Origin: an uncultured Clostridia bacterium | Lineage (GTDB): Bacteria; Bacillota; Clostridia; TANB77; CAG-465 | NCBI GenBank assembly: GCA_944388565.1 | Contig: CALXJG010000001.1 | Span: forward strand, 20,313-84,312 | Length of the DNA: 64,000 nucleotides | Direction of reading: 5' to 3' | Position numbers and translations under genes: made by a program | The notes under the pieces: generated by a model | The model's input: the letters and a program-made list of their open reading frames with translations, nothing else | The model's database searches: none | What the model was told of the DNA's origin: nothing | Part shown: one piece after another, positions 1 to 10,512 of the stretch | Numbering within the stretch: the stretch's first letter is position 1 | Layout: each line of letters opens with the position of its first letter

Positions 1-1741
1 AAATGTTTTTGAAGACGAGGCTAATTTAGAAATAATTAGACATACAACTTCACATATAATGGCACAAGCAGTAAAAAGATTATATCCTGATGCAAAACTT
101 GCAATAGGACCTGCAATTGAAAATGGTTTTTATTATGATTTTGATAATCTTGATATTAAACAAGAAGATTTAGAAAAAATCGAATTAGAAATGAAGAAAA
201 TTATAAAAGAAAATTTAAAAATAGAATCTTTTAAATTACCAAGAGATGAAGCAATAAAGCTTATGGAATCTAAAGGAGAAATCTATAAAGTAGAATTAAT
301 AAATGATTTCGAAGATGGCGAAGAGATATCATTTTTTAAACAAGGCGAATATGTTGATTTATGTGTAGGACCACATTTAATTTATACAAAAGCAGTAAAG
401 GCATTTAAATTATTAAATATTACTGGAGCATATTGGAGAGGCAATGAAAACAATAAAATGCTTACAAGAATATATGGAACTGCTTTTGATACAAAAGAAG
501 CTTTAGATGAATACTTATATGTGTTAGAAGAATCTAAAAAAAGAGATCATAGAAAACTTGGTAAAGAATTAGAATTATTTTTCTTTGATGAAAGTGCACC
601 TGGTATGGCATATTGGTTACCTAAGGGTATGAAAATGCTAAATGTTTTAATTGACTTTTGGAGAAAAATACATGAAGAAAGAGGATATCAAGAGTTTTCT
701 GGCCCTCAATTAAATAGTAGTTCTTTATGGAAGACATCTGGACATTGGGATCATTACAAAGAAGATATGTTTGTACTTACAGATGCTGATGGAAATGAAC
801 AGGCGTTAAAGCCAATGAACTGTCCTAACTCAATAAAAGTATATGCTTCAAAACTTAGAAGTTACAAAGATTTACCACTAAGATTTAGTGATATAGATGT
901 AATACATAGAAATGAAAAATCAGGTCAATTAAACGGACTATTTAGAGTTAGAATGTTTAGGCAAGATGATTCACATAACTATATTACAGAAGAACAAATT
1001 AGTTCTGAAATTAAAGATATAATTGAAATTGCAAAAAATCTATATGGAATATTTGGCCTTGAATTTAAACTTACACTATCAACAAGACCAGATGATTATA
1101 TGGGTGAAATTGAAGTATGGAATAAAGCAGAAGCTGATTTAAAGTCTGTCTTAGATGAAATTTGTGGAGAAAATAATTATACTGTAAATGAAGGAGATGG
1201 AGCTTTTTACGGCCCAAAAATTGATATAAAAATGAAAGATTGTCTTGGAAGAGAATGGCAAATGGGAACTGTACAACTTGACTTCCAACTTCCAATGAGA
1301 TTTAATATATCATACATTGATAAAAACGGTGAAAAGAAAACTCCAATATTAGTTCATAGAGCAATATTTGGTTCATTTGAAAGATTTATTGGTATACTTA
1401 CAGAGCATTATGCAGGAACATTTCCATTATGGTTATCACCTGTACAAGTTAAGATACTGTCTTTATCTGAAAATGAAATTGAATATGCAAATGATATAAA
1501 GAAAAAATTAGAAAAAGCAGGATTTAGAGTTGAAGTTGATAGCTCTGATGAAAAAATTGGATATAAAATACGTCAGGCACAATTAGAAAAATTACCATAT
1601 ATGATTATTCTAGGAAAAAATGAAGTAGAAAACAATAATATTTCTGTAAGAGCAAGAAATGGTGAGAAGATAGATGGTATTTTACTAGATGAATTTATAT
1701 CAAAATTAAATAAAGAAGTTGAAGAAGTTTTAAAAAAATAA
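1..1741 (+). CDS. thrS: threonyl-tRNA synthetase, 5'-truncated by window edge (frame open from nt 2; first in-frame ATG at 59 is internal)
   Basis: Translation ...RHTTSHIMAQAVKRLYP..., class II aaRS motifs (FRQDDSH, GAFYGPKIDI), C-terminal anticodon-binding domain; ORF has no stop upstream to window start. Confidence 0.9.
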   Translation, partial: NVFEDEANLEIIRHTTSHIMAQAVKRLYPDAKLAIGPAIENGFYYDFDNLDIKQEDLEKIELEMKKIIKENLKIESFKLPRDEAIKLMESKGEIYKVELINDFEDGEEISFFKQGEYVDLCVGPHLIYTKAVKAFKLLNITGAYWRGNENNKMLTRIYGTAFDTKEALDEYLYVLEESKKRDHRKLGKELELFFFDESAPGMAYWLPKGMKMLNVLIDFWRKIHEERGYQEFSGPQLNSSSLWKTSGHWDHYKEDMFVLTDADGNEQALKPMNCPNSIKVYASKLRSYKDLPLRFSDIDVIHRNEKSGQLNGLFRVRMFRQDDSHNYITEEQISSEIKDIIEIAKNLYGIFGLEFKLTLSTRPDDYMGEIEVWNKAEADLKSVLDEICGENNYTVNEGDGAFYGPKIDIKMKDCLGREWQMGTVQLDFQLPMRFNISYIDKNGEKKTPILVHRAIFGSFERFIGILTEHYAGTFPLWLSPVQVKILSLSENEIEYANDIKKKLEKAGFRVEVDSSDEKIGYKIRQAQLEKLPYMIILGKNEVENNNISVRARNGEKIDGILLDEFISKLNKEVEEVLKK

Positions 1742-1748
1742 TATGTTA

Positions 1749-1777
1749 GGAATAGGCATTTAACCTATTCCTTTTTG
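1749..1777 (+). terminator. rho-independent terminator of thrS
   Basis: hairpin ggaatagg-cattta-acctattcc followed by TTTTT. Confidence 0.7.
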
Positions 1778-1995
1778 TATGTGTGAATAAAAATAAATTT
1801 GATATATCGGATGAGTCATCTTTTACTGTAATATTTCCAAATAAAGGTTATAGTCCGGTTTTAGAGTTAAATAGTCCGGTAAAAACCGTATAAACTAAAT
1901 TTTATATCATTATTATTGTTATTAATTAGATTTTAAAAATTAACATTATATTATTTTTATAGTTTTATTTTTTATTATAAAAATCTTTAAAGTAC

Positions 1996-2024
1996 TTGCA
2001 TTTTTATTACCTTTTATATATAAT
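1996..2024 (+). promoter_or_regulatory. sigma-A-like promoter upstream of spoVS (-35 ttgcat, 17-nt spacer, -10 tataat)
   Basis: ttgcat at 1996-2001 and tataat at 2019-2024 with exact 17-nt spacer. Confidence 0.45.
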
Positions 2025-2078
2025 TAATTGTGTAGTAACAAACGTTACAGACAAATGAAAAATCATAGGAGGTATAAA

Positions 2079-2342
2079 ATGGATATTTTAAAAGTATCAG
2101 CAAAATCTAGTCCAAATTCTGTAGCAGGAGCTATTGCAGGACTAGTAAAAGAAAATGGAAAAGCAGAAATGCAAGCTATAGGTGCAGGAGCTATTAATCA
2201 AGCAGTAAAGGCTGTTGCAATAGCTAGAGGTTTTGTTGCTCCAACAGGTGTAGAACTAGTTTGTTCTCCAGCATTTACTGAAGTAAAAATAGATAATGAA
2301 GACAAAACTGGAATTAGATTTACAATAGAACAAAAGTTATAA
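2079..2342 (+). CDS. spoVS: stage V sporulation protein S
   Basis: MDILKVSAKSSPNSVAGAIAGLVKENGKAEMQAIGAGAINQAVKAVAIARGF... matches SpoVS nearly end to end; AGGAGG RBS at 2067-2072; upstream part of ORF-track call (2028) is leader. Confidence 0.9.
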   Translation: MDILKVSAKSSPNSVAGAIAGLVKENGKAEMQAIGAGAINQAVKAVAIARGFVAPTGVELVCSPAFTEVKIDNEDKTGIRFTIEQKL

Positions 2343-2456
2343 TATATATGTATGATTAGCTCAAAAAGTAGATTAAAATACTATCTTTTTGGGTTTTTTT
2401 GTGATATAATTTAGCACATAAAGCAATAATATATAATAAGCAAAGTGGGTGAAAAA

Positions 2457-4199
2457 ATGAGTGCTAATATTATTAATTCACATAGATACAAAAAAACGAC
2501 TAGGAAAAAAGCAAATGAAAATAAAGAAAGAATAAAAGCAAATCAAAAGTATAAAAAAGAAAAATTAAAGAATTTAAAAGAAAAAAGAAAAAATGAAGTT
2601 AAAGATAGTTATATTAAATTAAATAATAATTTTAATAGTAATTATAATACTAATTTAAATAATAATACTAACAAAAATAAAAAGAAAACTAGAAAACATA
2701 ATTTTCCAGGTCTTTTAAAAATAATAGGGCTAGTAGCTTGTATAGCACTTATTGCTATTATATCTAGAATAATTGTTAAAAAGGAAAATGAACCAGTTGT
2801 TCAAGCTGATTTTAATACAGAAAAAAAAGTTTCTTTAGTTCAAGATTATAATTTTAAAATAGGAATGTCAAAACTTGACAGTACAAATTATTTAAATTCT
2901 AAAAATATAATTCTAAATGAACTTGTAAGCTCTTTAAGTAATAAGCTTATAAGTATTAATAAGGATTATTCTATCAACTATATAGTTGCAAAAAGTATAA
3001 AGAAAGTAAGTAATAAACAATATTTTATTGAGTTAAATCCTGATTATAATGTAAAAGTTGAAGATATAAAAAATACAATAAATGAAATTAAAAGCGTAGG
3101 AGACAAAAATATATATTATGAATGTATAAACAATATTTGGAGTATTGACGAGCAAGGTAAAAATGAGTTTAGTATTACTTTAAAACAAGATAATCCATAT
3201 TTTGTATATAATCTTACATTTCCTATAGTAAACACAGGAAATAATTATCCATATGATATAAAAAATGAAGGAGAAAGTAGTTTTTTATTTACAAGAAAAA
3301 AATCAAATTCTACTTTAAGTACTATAAGGTTTACTGGCTATAGTGATATAGATAATTTAATTGAAGATTTTAAAAATGGTAAGATTGATATGTTTACAGC
3401 ATCATCAGATAGTATAATGCAACTTATAGGTAAATACGAATATAATGTGAAAAAATATCGTGATGGTCAAAATATATTTTTACTTGGAAACAAAGATTCA
3501 AAAGTATTTTCTCAAAAAGAAGTAAGGCAAGCTTTACTTTATTCTTTAAATAGAGAAGAAATAGTAAAAAAAATAAATTCTACATTTTCTGAAGTGATTG
3601 ATATACCATATATATACAGTAGTATAAGATATAAATATGATATAGTTGGAGCCAAAAATATACTTATACAATATGGTTGGAAAAATGAAAAAGGAATGAA
3701 TAAAAAAACAGTTGGAGAAGAAGAATTAACTTTAGAATTAACACTACTTGTAAATGAAAAAGATAATACTAAAGTAAAAATTGCAGATATGATTAAAGAT
3801 ATGGCTGAAAATGTAGGAATAAGAATTAATATAAAAAAAGCAAAGGATGCTAAGCTTACAGAATTAATAAAAAATAAATCTTATGATATTATACTTGCGG
3901 ATGTATATGTAAATGATAAGCCAGATATAACTTACCTTGAGGAATATATAAATATAAACGATAAAGTAAATAGTGCTTTAAATATTGTAAAACAAAGTAG
4001 TATAGAAGATTTACCTAAAAATATTGCTACATTACAAGATGTAATTTCAGATGAAATTGCTTGTATTGGAATACTTGCAAGAAATACAAATGTTGTTTAT
4101 CAGAAAAACATTAATGGCTTTGAAGATATAAATTATATGAAAGTATTCTATAATTTAGAGAATATTGGAAAAATACAAGAGGTAAAAACTGATATATAA
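2457..4199 (+). CDS. membrane-anchored protein with lysine-rich cytoplasmic N-terminus, one TM (LLKIIGLVACIALIAII) and extracytoplasmic solute-binding-protein family 5-like domain
   Basis: ATG at 2457; TM segment then region with SBP_bac_5-like motif (KEVRQALLYSLNREEI); no adjacent permease genes. Confidence 0.45.
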   Translation: MSANIINSHRYKKTTRKKANENKERIKANQKYKKEKLKNLKEKRKNEVKDSYIKLNNNFNSNYNTNLNNNTNKNKKKTRKHNFPGLLKIIGLVACIALIAIISRIIVKKENEPVVQADFNTEKKVSLVQDYNFKIGMSKLDSTNYLNSKNIILNELVSSLSNKLISINKDYSINYIVAKSIKKVSNKQYFIELNPDYNVKVEDIKNTINEIKSVGDKNIYYECINNIWSIDEQGKNEFSITLKQDNPYFVYNLTFPIVNTGNNYPYDIKNEGESSFLFTRKKSNSTLSTIRFTGYSDIDNLIEDFKNGKIDMFTASSDSIMQLIGKYEYNVKKYRDGQNIFLLGNKDSKVFSQKEVRQALLYSLNREEIVKKINSTFSEVIDIPYIYSSIRYKYDIVGAKNILIQYGWKNEKGMNKKTVGEEELTLELTLLVNEKDNTKVKIADMIKDMAENVGIRINIKKAKDAKLTELIKNKSYDIILADVYVNDKPDITYLEEYININDKVNSALNIVKQSSIEDLPKNIATLQDVISDEIACIGILARNTNVVYQKNINGFEDINYMKVFYNLENIGKIQEVKTDI

Positions 4200-4216
4200 T
4201 GGGGGGGATTTTTTTA

Positions 4217-5224
4217 ATGTATGATGGAATTTTACAAACTATAGTTGAAATGGCAAAAAGCAAGAAAAGGAAAATTGTTTTGCCAGAAAGTAATGATAAA
4301 AGAATATTAGAAGCAGCAACTATTATTCAAGAAAACAATATTGCTGATATAGTATTAATAGGAAATAAAGAAGAAATTTTAGATAATATTGCTAAATTTA
4401 ATATTAATAATTTTAGTAACAATATTAGTATAATTGATCCAAATAATTATATTAAAAAAGAAGAATACATTAATACACTATATGAATTAAGAAAACAAAA
4501 AGGTATGACAATTAATCAAGCAACTGAACTTGTAAAAGATTATATATATTTTGCTACAATGATGATTAAATGTAATGATGCTGATGGAATGGTATGTGGT
4601 GCAGTTCATTCAACTTCTGATACATTAAGACCTGCACTTCAAATTATAAAATCAAAAGAAGGAATTGATACTGTATCTGCATTTTTCTTAATGGAAAGTA
4701 AACATAAAGAATTTGGGGAAAATGGAGTATTTATATTTGCTGATTGTGGTTTAAATCCTACACCAGATGTTACACAACTTTGTGACATTACAATAGAATC
4801 TGTAAATAGTTTTAGAAAGCTTGTAAACGCAAATCCAAAAGTTGCATTACTTTCATACTCTACTAAAGGTAGTGCAAAAGGAGAAAATATTGATAAAACT
4901 TTGGCAGTATTAAATAAATTACAAAGTATGAATATAGACTTTGATGTAGATGGTGAGCTACAACTTGATGCTGCAATAGTTGAAGAGGTTGCAAAATTAA
5001 AAGCACCTAATAGCAAAGTTGCAGGAAAAGCAAATATATTAATATTCCCAGATTTAGAAGCTGGAAATATAGGATATAAAATTGCTCAAAGATTTGGGGA
5101 TATGTTAGCACTTGGTCCAATAACACAAGGACTTAATAAACCAGTAAATGATTTATCAAGAGGATGTAATGTAGATGATATTGTAGGTGCAGTTGCAATT
5201 ACTTGTGTACAAGTAGAAGATTAG
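4217..5224 (+). CDS. pta: phosphate acetyltransferase
   Basis: MYDGILQTIVEMAKSKKRKIVLPESNDKRILEAA... typical Pta; GGGGGA RBS before ATG 4217; followed by ackA. Confidence 0.9.
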   Translation: MYDGILQTIVEMAKSKKRKIVLPESNDKRILEAATIIQENNIADIVLIGNKEEILDNIAKFNINNFSNNISIIDPNNYIKKEEYINTLYELRKQKGMTINQATELVKDYIYFATMMIKCNDADGMVCGAVHSTSDTLRPALQIIKSKEGIDTVSAFFLMESKHKEFGENGVFIFADCGLNPTPDVTQLCDITIESVNSFRKLVNANPKVALLSYSTKGSAKGENIDKTLAVLNKLQSMNIDFDVDGELQLDAAIVEEVAKLKAPNSKVAGKANILIFPDLEAGNIGYKIAQRFGDMLALGPITQGLNKPVNDLSRGCNVDDIVGAVAITCVQVED

Positions 5225-5278
5225 TAGTTATTTTGTTAATTTTAAATTAACTTAATATATTTTTAAGGGGGAAATAAA

Positions 5279-6493
5279 ATGAAGATTTTAGTAATTAATT
5301 GTGGTAGTTCAACAATTAAATTTCAATTCTTGGACATGGAAAAAGGACAAGTTATCGCAAAGGGAAGATGTGATAAAATAGGTTATGATAGTTCTAATTT
5401 AATATATAAAAATATGTTAAATGGTAAATCAATAGATGAAGTACCTGTAAAAATGGTAAATCATAAAGAAGGTATGAAAGCTCTACTTGATGCATTAATG
5501 GATAAAGAATTAGGTGTTATATCTTCTATAGATGAGATATATGCAATTGGTCATAGAGTAGTACATGGTGGAGAGTTATTTGTAAAACCAACTTTAGTTA
5601 CAAAAGAACTTTTAAGTGGCCTTGAAGATATAATTTCACTTGCTCCATTACATAATCCAGGAGCAATTATGGGTGTAGAAGCTATAATGGAAGTAGCACC
5701 AAATCTAAAAAATGTTGTAGTGTGTGATACAGCATTTCACCAAACAATACCAGACTTTAATTATTTATATGCTATTGATAAGAAATATTACGATAAATAT
5801 AGAATAAGAAAATATGGATTCCATGGAACATCTTATCAATATATTTTAGGAAGATTATCTGAAATACTAAATAAACCAAAAGATGAAATTAATGCAATTG
5901 TTTGCCATGCTGGTGGCGGTGCAAGTATATGTGCTATAAAAAATGGAAAATCATATGATACATCAATGGGCTTTACTCCACTTGAAGGTTTAGTAATGGA
6001 AACAAGATCTGGTGATATAGACCCTGCTTGTGTAACAAAAATAATGAAAGAAGAAAATCTTACTCCAGATGAAATGGATGATATATTAAATAAAAAATCT
6101 GGTAGACTTGGACTTTCTGGAATAGGCGATTTTAGATTAATGAAAGAAGCTGCAATAAATGGTAATGAAGATGCAATACTTGCAAGAAAAATACAAGCAA
6201 ATAGAACAAAGAAATATATAGGAGCATATATGGCAGAATTAAATCGCGTTGATGCCATAGTATTTACTGGTGGTGTTTGTGAAAATAATCCAGATGAAAG
6301 AGAAATGTCTGTAAGTGATATGGATTGTTTAGGTGTAATACTAGATAAGGATAGAAACAATTTAGTAACACCTGGTTCTGGAAAAGAAGGATTAATATCT
6401 TCTGATGATTCAAAGGTAAAGATATTTGTAATACCTACTGATGAAGAATTAGAAATTGCAAAGCAAACTATGGATGTGGTATCTAAATGTTAG
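5279..6493 (+). CDS. ackA: acetate kinase
   Basis: MKILVINCGSSTIKFQ..., HRVVHGG, GFHGTSY motifs of acetate/propionate kinase family. Confidence 0.95.
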   Translation: MKILVINCGSSTIKFQFLDMEKGQVIAKGRCDKIGYDSSNLIYKNMLNGKSIDEVPVKMVNHKEGMKALLDALMDKELGVISSIDEIYAIGHRVVHGGELFVKPTLVTKELLSGLEDIISLAPLHNPGAIMGVEAIMEVAPNLKNVVVCDTAFHQTIPDFNYLYAIDKKYYDKYRIRKYGFHGTSYQYILGRLSEILNKPKDEINAIVCHAGGGASICAIKNGKSYDTSMGFTPLEGLVMETRSGDIDPACVTKIMKEENLTPDEMDDILNKKSGRLGLSGIGDFRLMKEAAINGNEDAILARKIQANRTKKYIGAYMAELNRVDAIVFTGGVCENNPDEREMSVSDMDCLGVILDKDRNNLVTPGSGKEGLISSDDSKVKIFVIPTDEELEIAKQTMDVVSKC

Positions 6494-7710
6494 TAAGAGT
6501 ACAAGAACTATTAAAAAAATATAATAAAAAAGTATGGGTATTATATAATGATGATGGTTCTGATAAAATATTTTGTAGATATTTTTCAAATAATTTGAAT
6601 TCATCTACAATATGTTTTGTAACAGATACAAAAATATTTTTGTTAGTAAATGCTTTAGATGAACAAAACATTGAGTCATTTAAAAAGAATAATAAGGATA
6701 TAGTATCAATAATGTATAGTAGTAATAAAGAGTTAAGTGTTGCAGTAGAAGAAGTAATCGCAAAACTCAATTTCCCAAAAGATATAGCTTTATCATACTC
6801 TACTATGAATGATACTAATGTTGATATATTAACACATGGTGAATATGTATATTTAAGTAAACTTTTAAAGGCACCATATAAAAAATATGGAAAGAAAGTA
6901 TCTTTTTCTTCTGCAGAAAAAATAATATATGAAATTGCCTCAAGAAGAACAGATAAACAAATTAATAGATTAAAGATTTTAGCAGATATTACAGATGAAA
7001 TATTAGATACTACTTTTAAAGAGATTAAATGTGGTATGACTGAAAAAGAAATAGTTAGTTTAACTAATGAAGTTACTGATAAAATAATGAAAGACGTAAT
7101 TAATAACAGGAATCTGGGAATAATAGGGTTTAATATGGCTTGGGCAAACTGTCCTATAGTTTTAACAGGAGTAAATCTCGCAAAAGGTGGACATTCTTTG
7201 CCAAGTGATAAGAAACTTATTAAAGGTGATACAATATATTTTGACTTTGGAATAAAAGGTGTTTTTAGTGATCAAGAGGTATTATATACTGATATGCAAC
7301 GTATGGGCTATGCTTTAAAGAAAAATGAAACTAAAGCTCCTAAATCTGTACAAAAAGTTTTTGATACTTTAGTAAATTCAATTGAAGATGGAATTGATGA
7401 ATTAAAACCTGGTGTTAAGGCATATGTTATAGACAATGTAGTAAGACAAAAGATTTTAAAAGCTGGTTTCCCTGATTATATGCATGCAACTGGGCATCCG
7501 GTTGGTCTTAAAGTTCATGATATAGGTGCAATAATAAGCTTAAAAACTAGTAAAAGAGCAAATCTTGAAATTATAGAAAATTGTATTTATACATTAGAAC
7601 CAAGAGTAAATATAGCAAATGGTGGTTCAATTGAAGAAATGATACTTGCTACTAAATTTGGTGGAATTCCTTTATGTAAAAAACAAACAAAAATTTATTT
7701 AGTAAAGTAA
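6487..7710 (+). CDS. M24 family metallopeptidase (Xaa-Pro aminopeptidase/creatinase-like)
   Basis: C-terminal pita-bread motifs (HATGHPVGLKVHDIG), creatinase-like N-domain; start overlaps ackA stop by 7 nt. Confidence 0.65.
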   Translation: MLVRVQELLKKYNKKVWVLYNDDGSDKIFCRYFSNNLNSSTICFVTDTKIFLLVNALDEQNIESFKKNNKDIVSIMYSSNKELSVAVEEVIAKLNFPKDIALSYSTMNDTNVDILTHGEYVYLSKLLKAPYKKYGKKVSFSSAEKIIYEIASRRTDKQINRLKILADITDEILDTTFKEIKCGMTEKEIVSLTNEVTDKIMKDVINNRNLGIIGFNMAWANCPIVLTGVNLAKGGHSLPSDKKLIKGDTIYFDFGIKGVFSDQEVLYTDMQRMGYALKKNETKAPKSVQKVFDTLVNSIEDGIDELKPGVKAYVIDNVVRQKILKAGFPDYMHATGHPVGLKVHDIGAIISLKTSKRANLEIIENCIYTLEPRVNIANGGSIEEMILATKFGGIPLCKKQTKIYLVK

Positions 7711-7769
7711 ATACTTTTTAATATTTTAGGGCATTTAGTAAATAATAATAATGAAAGTAGGTAGATTAT

Positions 7770-9152
7770 ATGGAATTAAAGTATGAGAAGAAGGATATAT
7801 ATAGTACTTTAAATAAAAAAGAAATAGAACAAGTAGATGTATATTCAAAAGAGTATATGAAGTTTTTAAATTCTTCAAAAACAGAAAGACTTTGCGTTGA
7901 AAATGCAGTAGAGATATTAAATGAAAATGGATTTTCTGATATATCAAAAAAGAGAAGTCTAAAAGCAGGAGACAAAGTTTATTTAGTAAATAAACAAAAA
8001 TCAATATTTGCTGCTGTTATTGGTAAGAAAGACTTAATATATGGAACAAATATAATAGGTTCACATATTGATAGTCCAAGACTTGATTTAAAACCAATGC
8101 CTTTATATGAAAATCATGATGTTGCTGTATTAAAGACACAATATTATGGAGGTATAAAAAAATATCAATGGATGTCAATTCCACTAGCAATGTATGGAGT
8201 TGTATATAATGAGAAAGGTGAGAAAATAAAAATAGCTATAGGTGATACAAATGATGATACAACTTTTACAATAGCAGACCTATTGCCTCATCTTGCAAAA
8301 GATCAACTGAAAGCAAATGCTAATGAATTTATTGATCCTGAGAAAATGTCAGTTATTATTGGCAATATAAAAGATAAAGAGGCAAAAGATAGTAAAGTAA
8401 AAACTACAGTTTTAAAATTATTAAATGAAAAATACGGAATAAAAGAGATAGATTTTGCTAGAGCAGAAATAGAGTTTGTACCAGCGTTTGATGCAAAATT
8501 TGTTGGAATAGATAGAAGTATGATAGGTGGTTATGGACAGGATGATAGAGTTTGCTCATATGCAAATTTAAGAGCTATAGTTGATTTAGTTAAAGAAAAT
8601 CATACATTTGATAAAACTGTAATTTCACTAATAGTTGATAAAGAAGAAATAGGAAGTACAGGAAATACATCAATGACTTCACAAGTTTTTGATATGTTTA
8701 TAAATATGTTGTTACAAAAAACAGGAAGTAAAGCAGATAGATTAAATGTATATTATAATTCTAAAATGTTATCTGCTGATGTTGCAACAGCTGTAGATCC
8801 AGTTTATGATGATGTTTCAGATATACAAAATAGTAATATACTAGGTTCTGGTATTGCACTTGAAAAATATAGTGGAAGTGGCGGAAAATATAGTTCAAGT
8901 GATGCTAATGCAGAATTTATGTCTGAAGTTATGAAAATATTTAATGATAATAAAGTTATGTATCAAATAGGAACTCTTGGTAAGATAGGAAAAGGTGGAG
9001 GAGGAACTATTGCATATATACTAGCAGATAAAGGTGTAGATGTGGTAGATTGTGGTACAGCAGTACTAGCAATGCATTCACCATATGAGGTTTCTTCAAA
9101 GTTTGATGTATATATGACATATCTTGCTTATAAAGCATTTTTTAAATCATAG
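7770..9152 (+). CDS. M18 family aminopeptidase (aminopeptidase 1-like)
   Basis: GSHIDSPRLDLKP motif, size 460 aa, DGGGGT region typical of M18/M42 zinc aminopeptidases. Confidence 0.7.
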   Translation: MELKYEKKDIYSTLNKKEIEQVDVYSKEYMKFLNSSKTERLCVENAVEILNENGFSDISKKRSLKAGDKVYLVNKQKSIFAAVIGKKDLIYGTNIIGSHIDSPRLDLKPMPLYENHDVAVLKTQYYGGIKKYQWMSIPLAMYGVVYNEKGEKIKIAIGDTNDDTTFTIADLLPHLAKDQLKANANEFIDPEKMSVIIGNIKDKEAKDSKVKTTVLKLLNEKYGIKEIDFARAEIEFVPAFDAKFVGIDRSMIGGYGQDDRVCSYANLRAIVDLVKENHTFDKTVISLIVDKEEIGSTGNTSMTSQVFDMFINMLLQKTGSKADRLNVYYNSKMLSADVATAVDPVYDDVSDIQNSNILGSGIALEKYSGSGGKYSSSDANAEFMSEVMKIFNDNKVMYQIGTLGKIGKGGGGTIAYILADKGVDVVDCGTAVLAMHSPYEVSSKFDVYMTYLAYKAFFKS

Positions 9153-9275
9153 GAATTAAAAAAGTAAAGTATATTAATATAAATATATTTTACTTTTCTT
9201 GTCTATTTATATATCTTTAATTGAAAAAATGCAAAAAAAATTGTATAATAATACGCAGAAAAAAGGTGATGATAT

Positions 9276-10394
9276 TTGTTTAAAACATTATTAAAAAATA
9301 CTGATTATATTATACTTATATGTGTACTAATTCTGTTTGCTATAGGAGTAGTTGCAATATTTTCTGCTGGTTATAACACAGAGGTTAATAAAGATGAGTA
9401 TATAAAACAATTAATATGGTTTGGTGCTTCTATAATTGTAATGATTATAATTTGGATGCTAGACTATAATATGTTTGACATAGGTGGGTATATTATTTAT
9501 GGTGTAAGTTTAGTCTTGCTTGTTGCAGTTTTATTTACTTCGGGACTTATGGGTGCTAAGAGCTGGTTTAACTTAGGAGGCTTTTTGTACCAACCTTCTG
9601 AGCTTATGAAAATAGGTGTAATACTATGCAGTGCTAAAGCTTTTTCAATATACAAGAATAATATATCACAAACAAATAAAAAGAAAAAAATAATAATAAT
9701 TGCAATAATTGTACTTCTATTTGCAATACCTGTAATTCTTATATTATTACAACCAGACTTTGGTACAGCAATGGCATTCTTCTTTATTTGTGCATTTATG
9801 TTATTTAAAAGTGGAATTAAGTATAGATATATATTTGCTGGTGTTTTGTTAATAATTATAATGATACCGATTGTATATTTCTTTGTATTAAATCCTACAC
9901 AGCAACAAAGAATTAAGGTCTTCTTAAATCCAGAACTTGACCCTCTAGATAGTGGATATAACGCGATTCAATCTAAAATTGCAGTAGGTTCAGGTATGTT
10001 ATTTGGAACAGGACTATTAAAAGGAGCTCAAACACAATATGGTTATCTTCCAATAAAATCTTCTGACTTTATATTCTCGGTAATATCTGAAGAAATGGGA
10101 TTTATAGTTTCAGCTTTGCTAGTTATAATTTATTCTGTTTTACTTATTAGAATTATAGCTGTTTCAAAGAATGCAAGAGATGATTTCTCTAGCTTTATTG
10201 CAATTGGGGTTGCTGGAATGTTCTTTTTCCATTTTGTACAAAATATTGGTATGACAATTGGACTTTTACCAATAACCGGTGTACCTTTACCTTTTGTAAG
10301 TTATGGTGGAAGTAGTATGTTAACTAATGTAATAGCAATAGCTATTGTATTAAATATATCAGCAAGAAAATCACAAAATATGTTTTTAGATTAA
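9276..10394 (+). CDS. FtsW/RodA/SpoVE (SEDS) family cell-cycle protein, RodA-like
   Basis: 10 predicted TM segments, conserved SEDS regions (PDFGTAM, GLLPITGVPLPFVSYGGSS); TTG start after AGGTGA RBS. Confidence 0.8.
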   Translation: MFKTLLKNTDYIILICVLILFAIGVVAIFSAGYNTEVNKDEYIKQLIWFGASIIVMIIIWMLDYNMFDIGGYIIYGVSLVLLVAVLFTSGLMGAKSWFNLGGFLYQPSELMKIGVILCSAKAFSIYKNNISQTNKKKKIIIIAIIVLLFAIPVILILLQPDFGTAMAFFFICAFMLFKSGIKYRYIFAGVLLIIIMIPIVYFFVLNPTQQQRIKVFLNPELDPLDSGYNAIQSKIAVGSGMLFGTGLLKGAQTQYGYLPIKSSDFIFSVISEEMGFIVSALLVIIYSVLLIRIIAVSKNARDDFSSFIAIGVAGMFFFHFVQNIGMTIGLLPITGVPLPFVSYGGSSMLTNVIAIAIVLNISARKSQNMFLD

Positions 10395-10418
10395 AGCTCT
10401 AATTTAGAGCTTTTTTCT
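10395..10418 (+). terminator. rho-independent terminator
   Basis: agctcta-att-tagagct then TTTTTT. Confidence 0.6.
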
Positions 10419-10512
10419 TTTATTTGAATAAAAGTTTGTAAGATTACATAAGATGTGATATAATAGTTTAAAATACAAAAATCCAAAAATAATTTTTAAG
10501 GAGGAATTTTTT

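Noticed and set aside
1071-1295. 74-aa antisense ORF inside thrS (and similar antisense ORFs 4639-5016, 5836-6360, 11268-11477, 16921-17358, 23055-23378, 25007-25273, 33039-33320, 43521-43907, 49747-50304, 61435-61728)
   Set aside because: Shadow ORFs opposite well-supported genes. No RBS. Low-complexity translations.
6487-6493. 7-nt overlap ackA stop / M24 peptidase start as possible annotation error
   Set aside because: ATGTTAG overlap is a common coupling arrangement. Both ORFs well supported.
7735-8004. two minus-strand ORFs (89 and 69 aa) at the aminopeptidase gene start
   Set aside because: Overlap the well-supported M18 aminopeptidase N-terminus. Hydrophobic low-complexity translations from AT-rich antisense.
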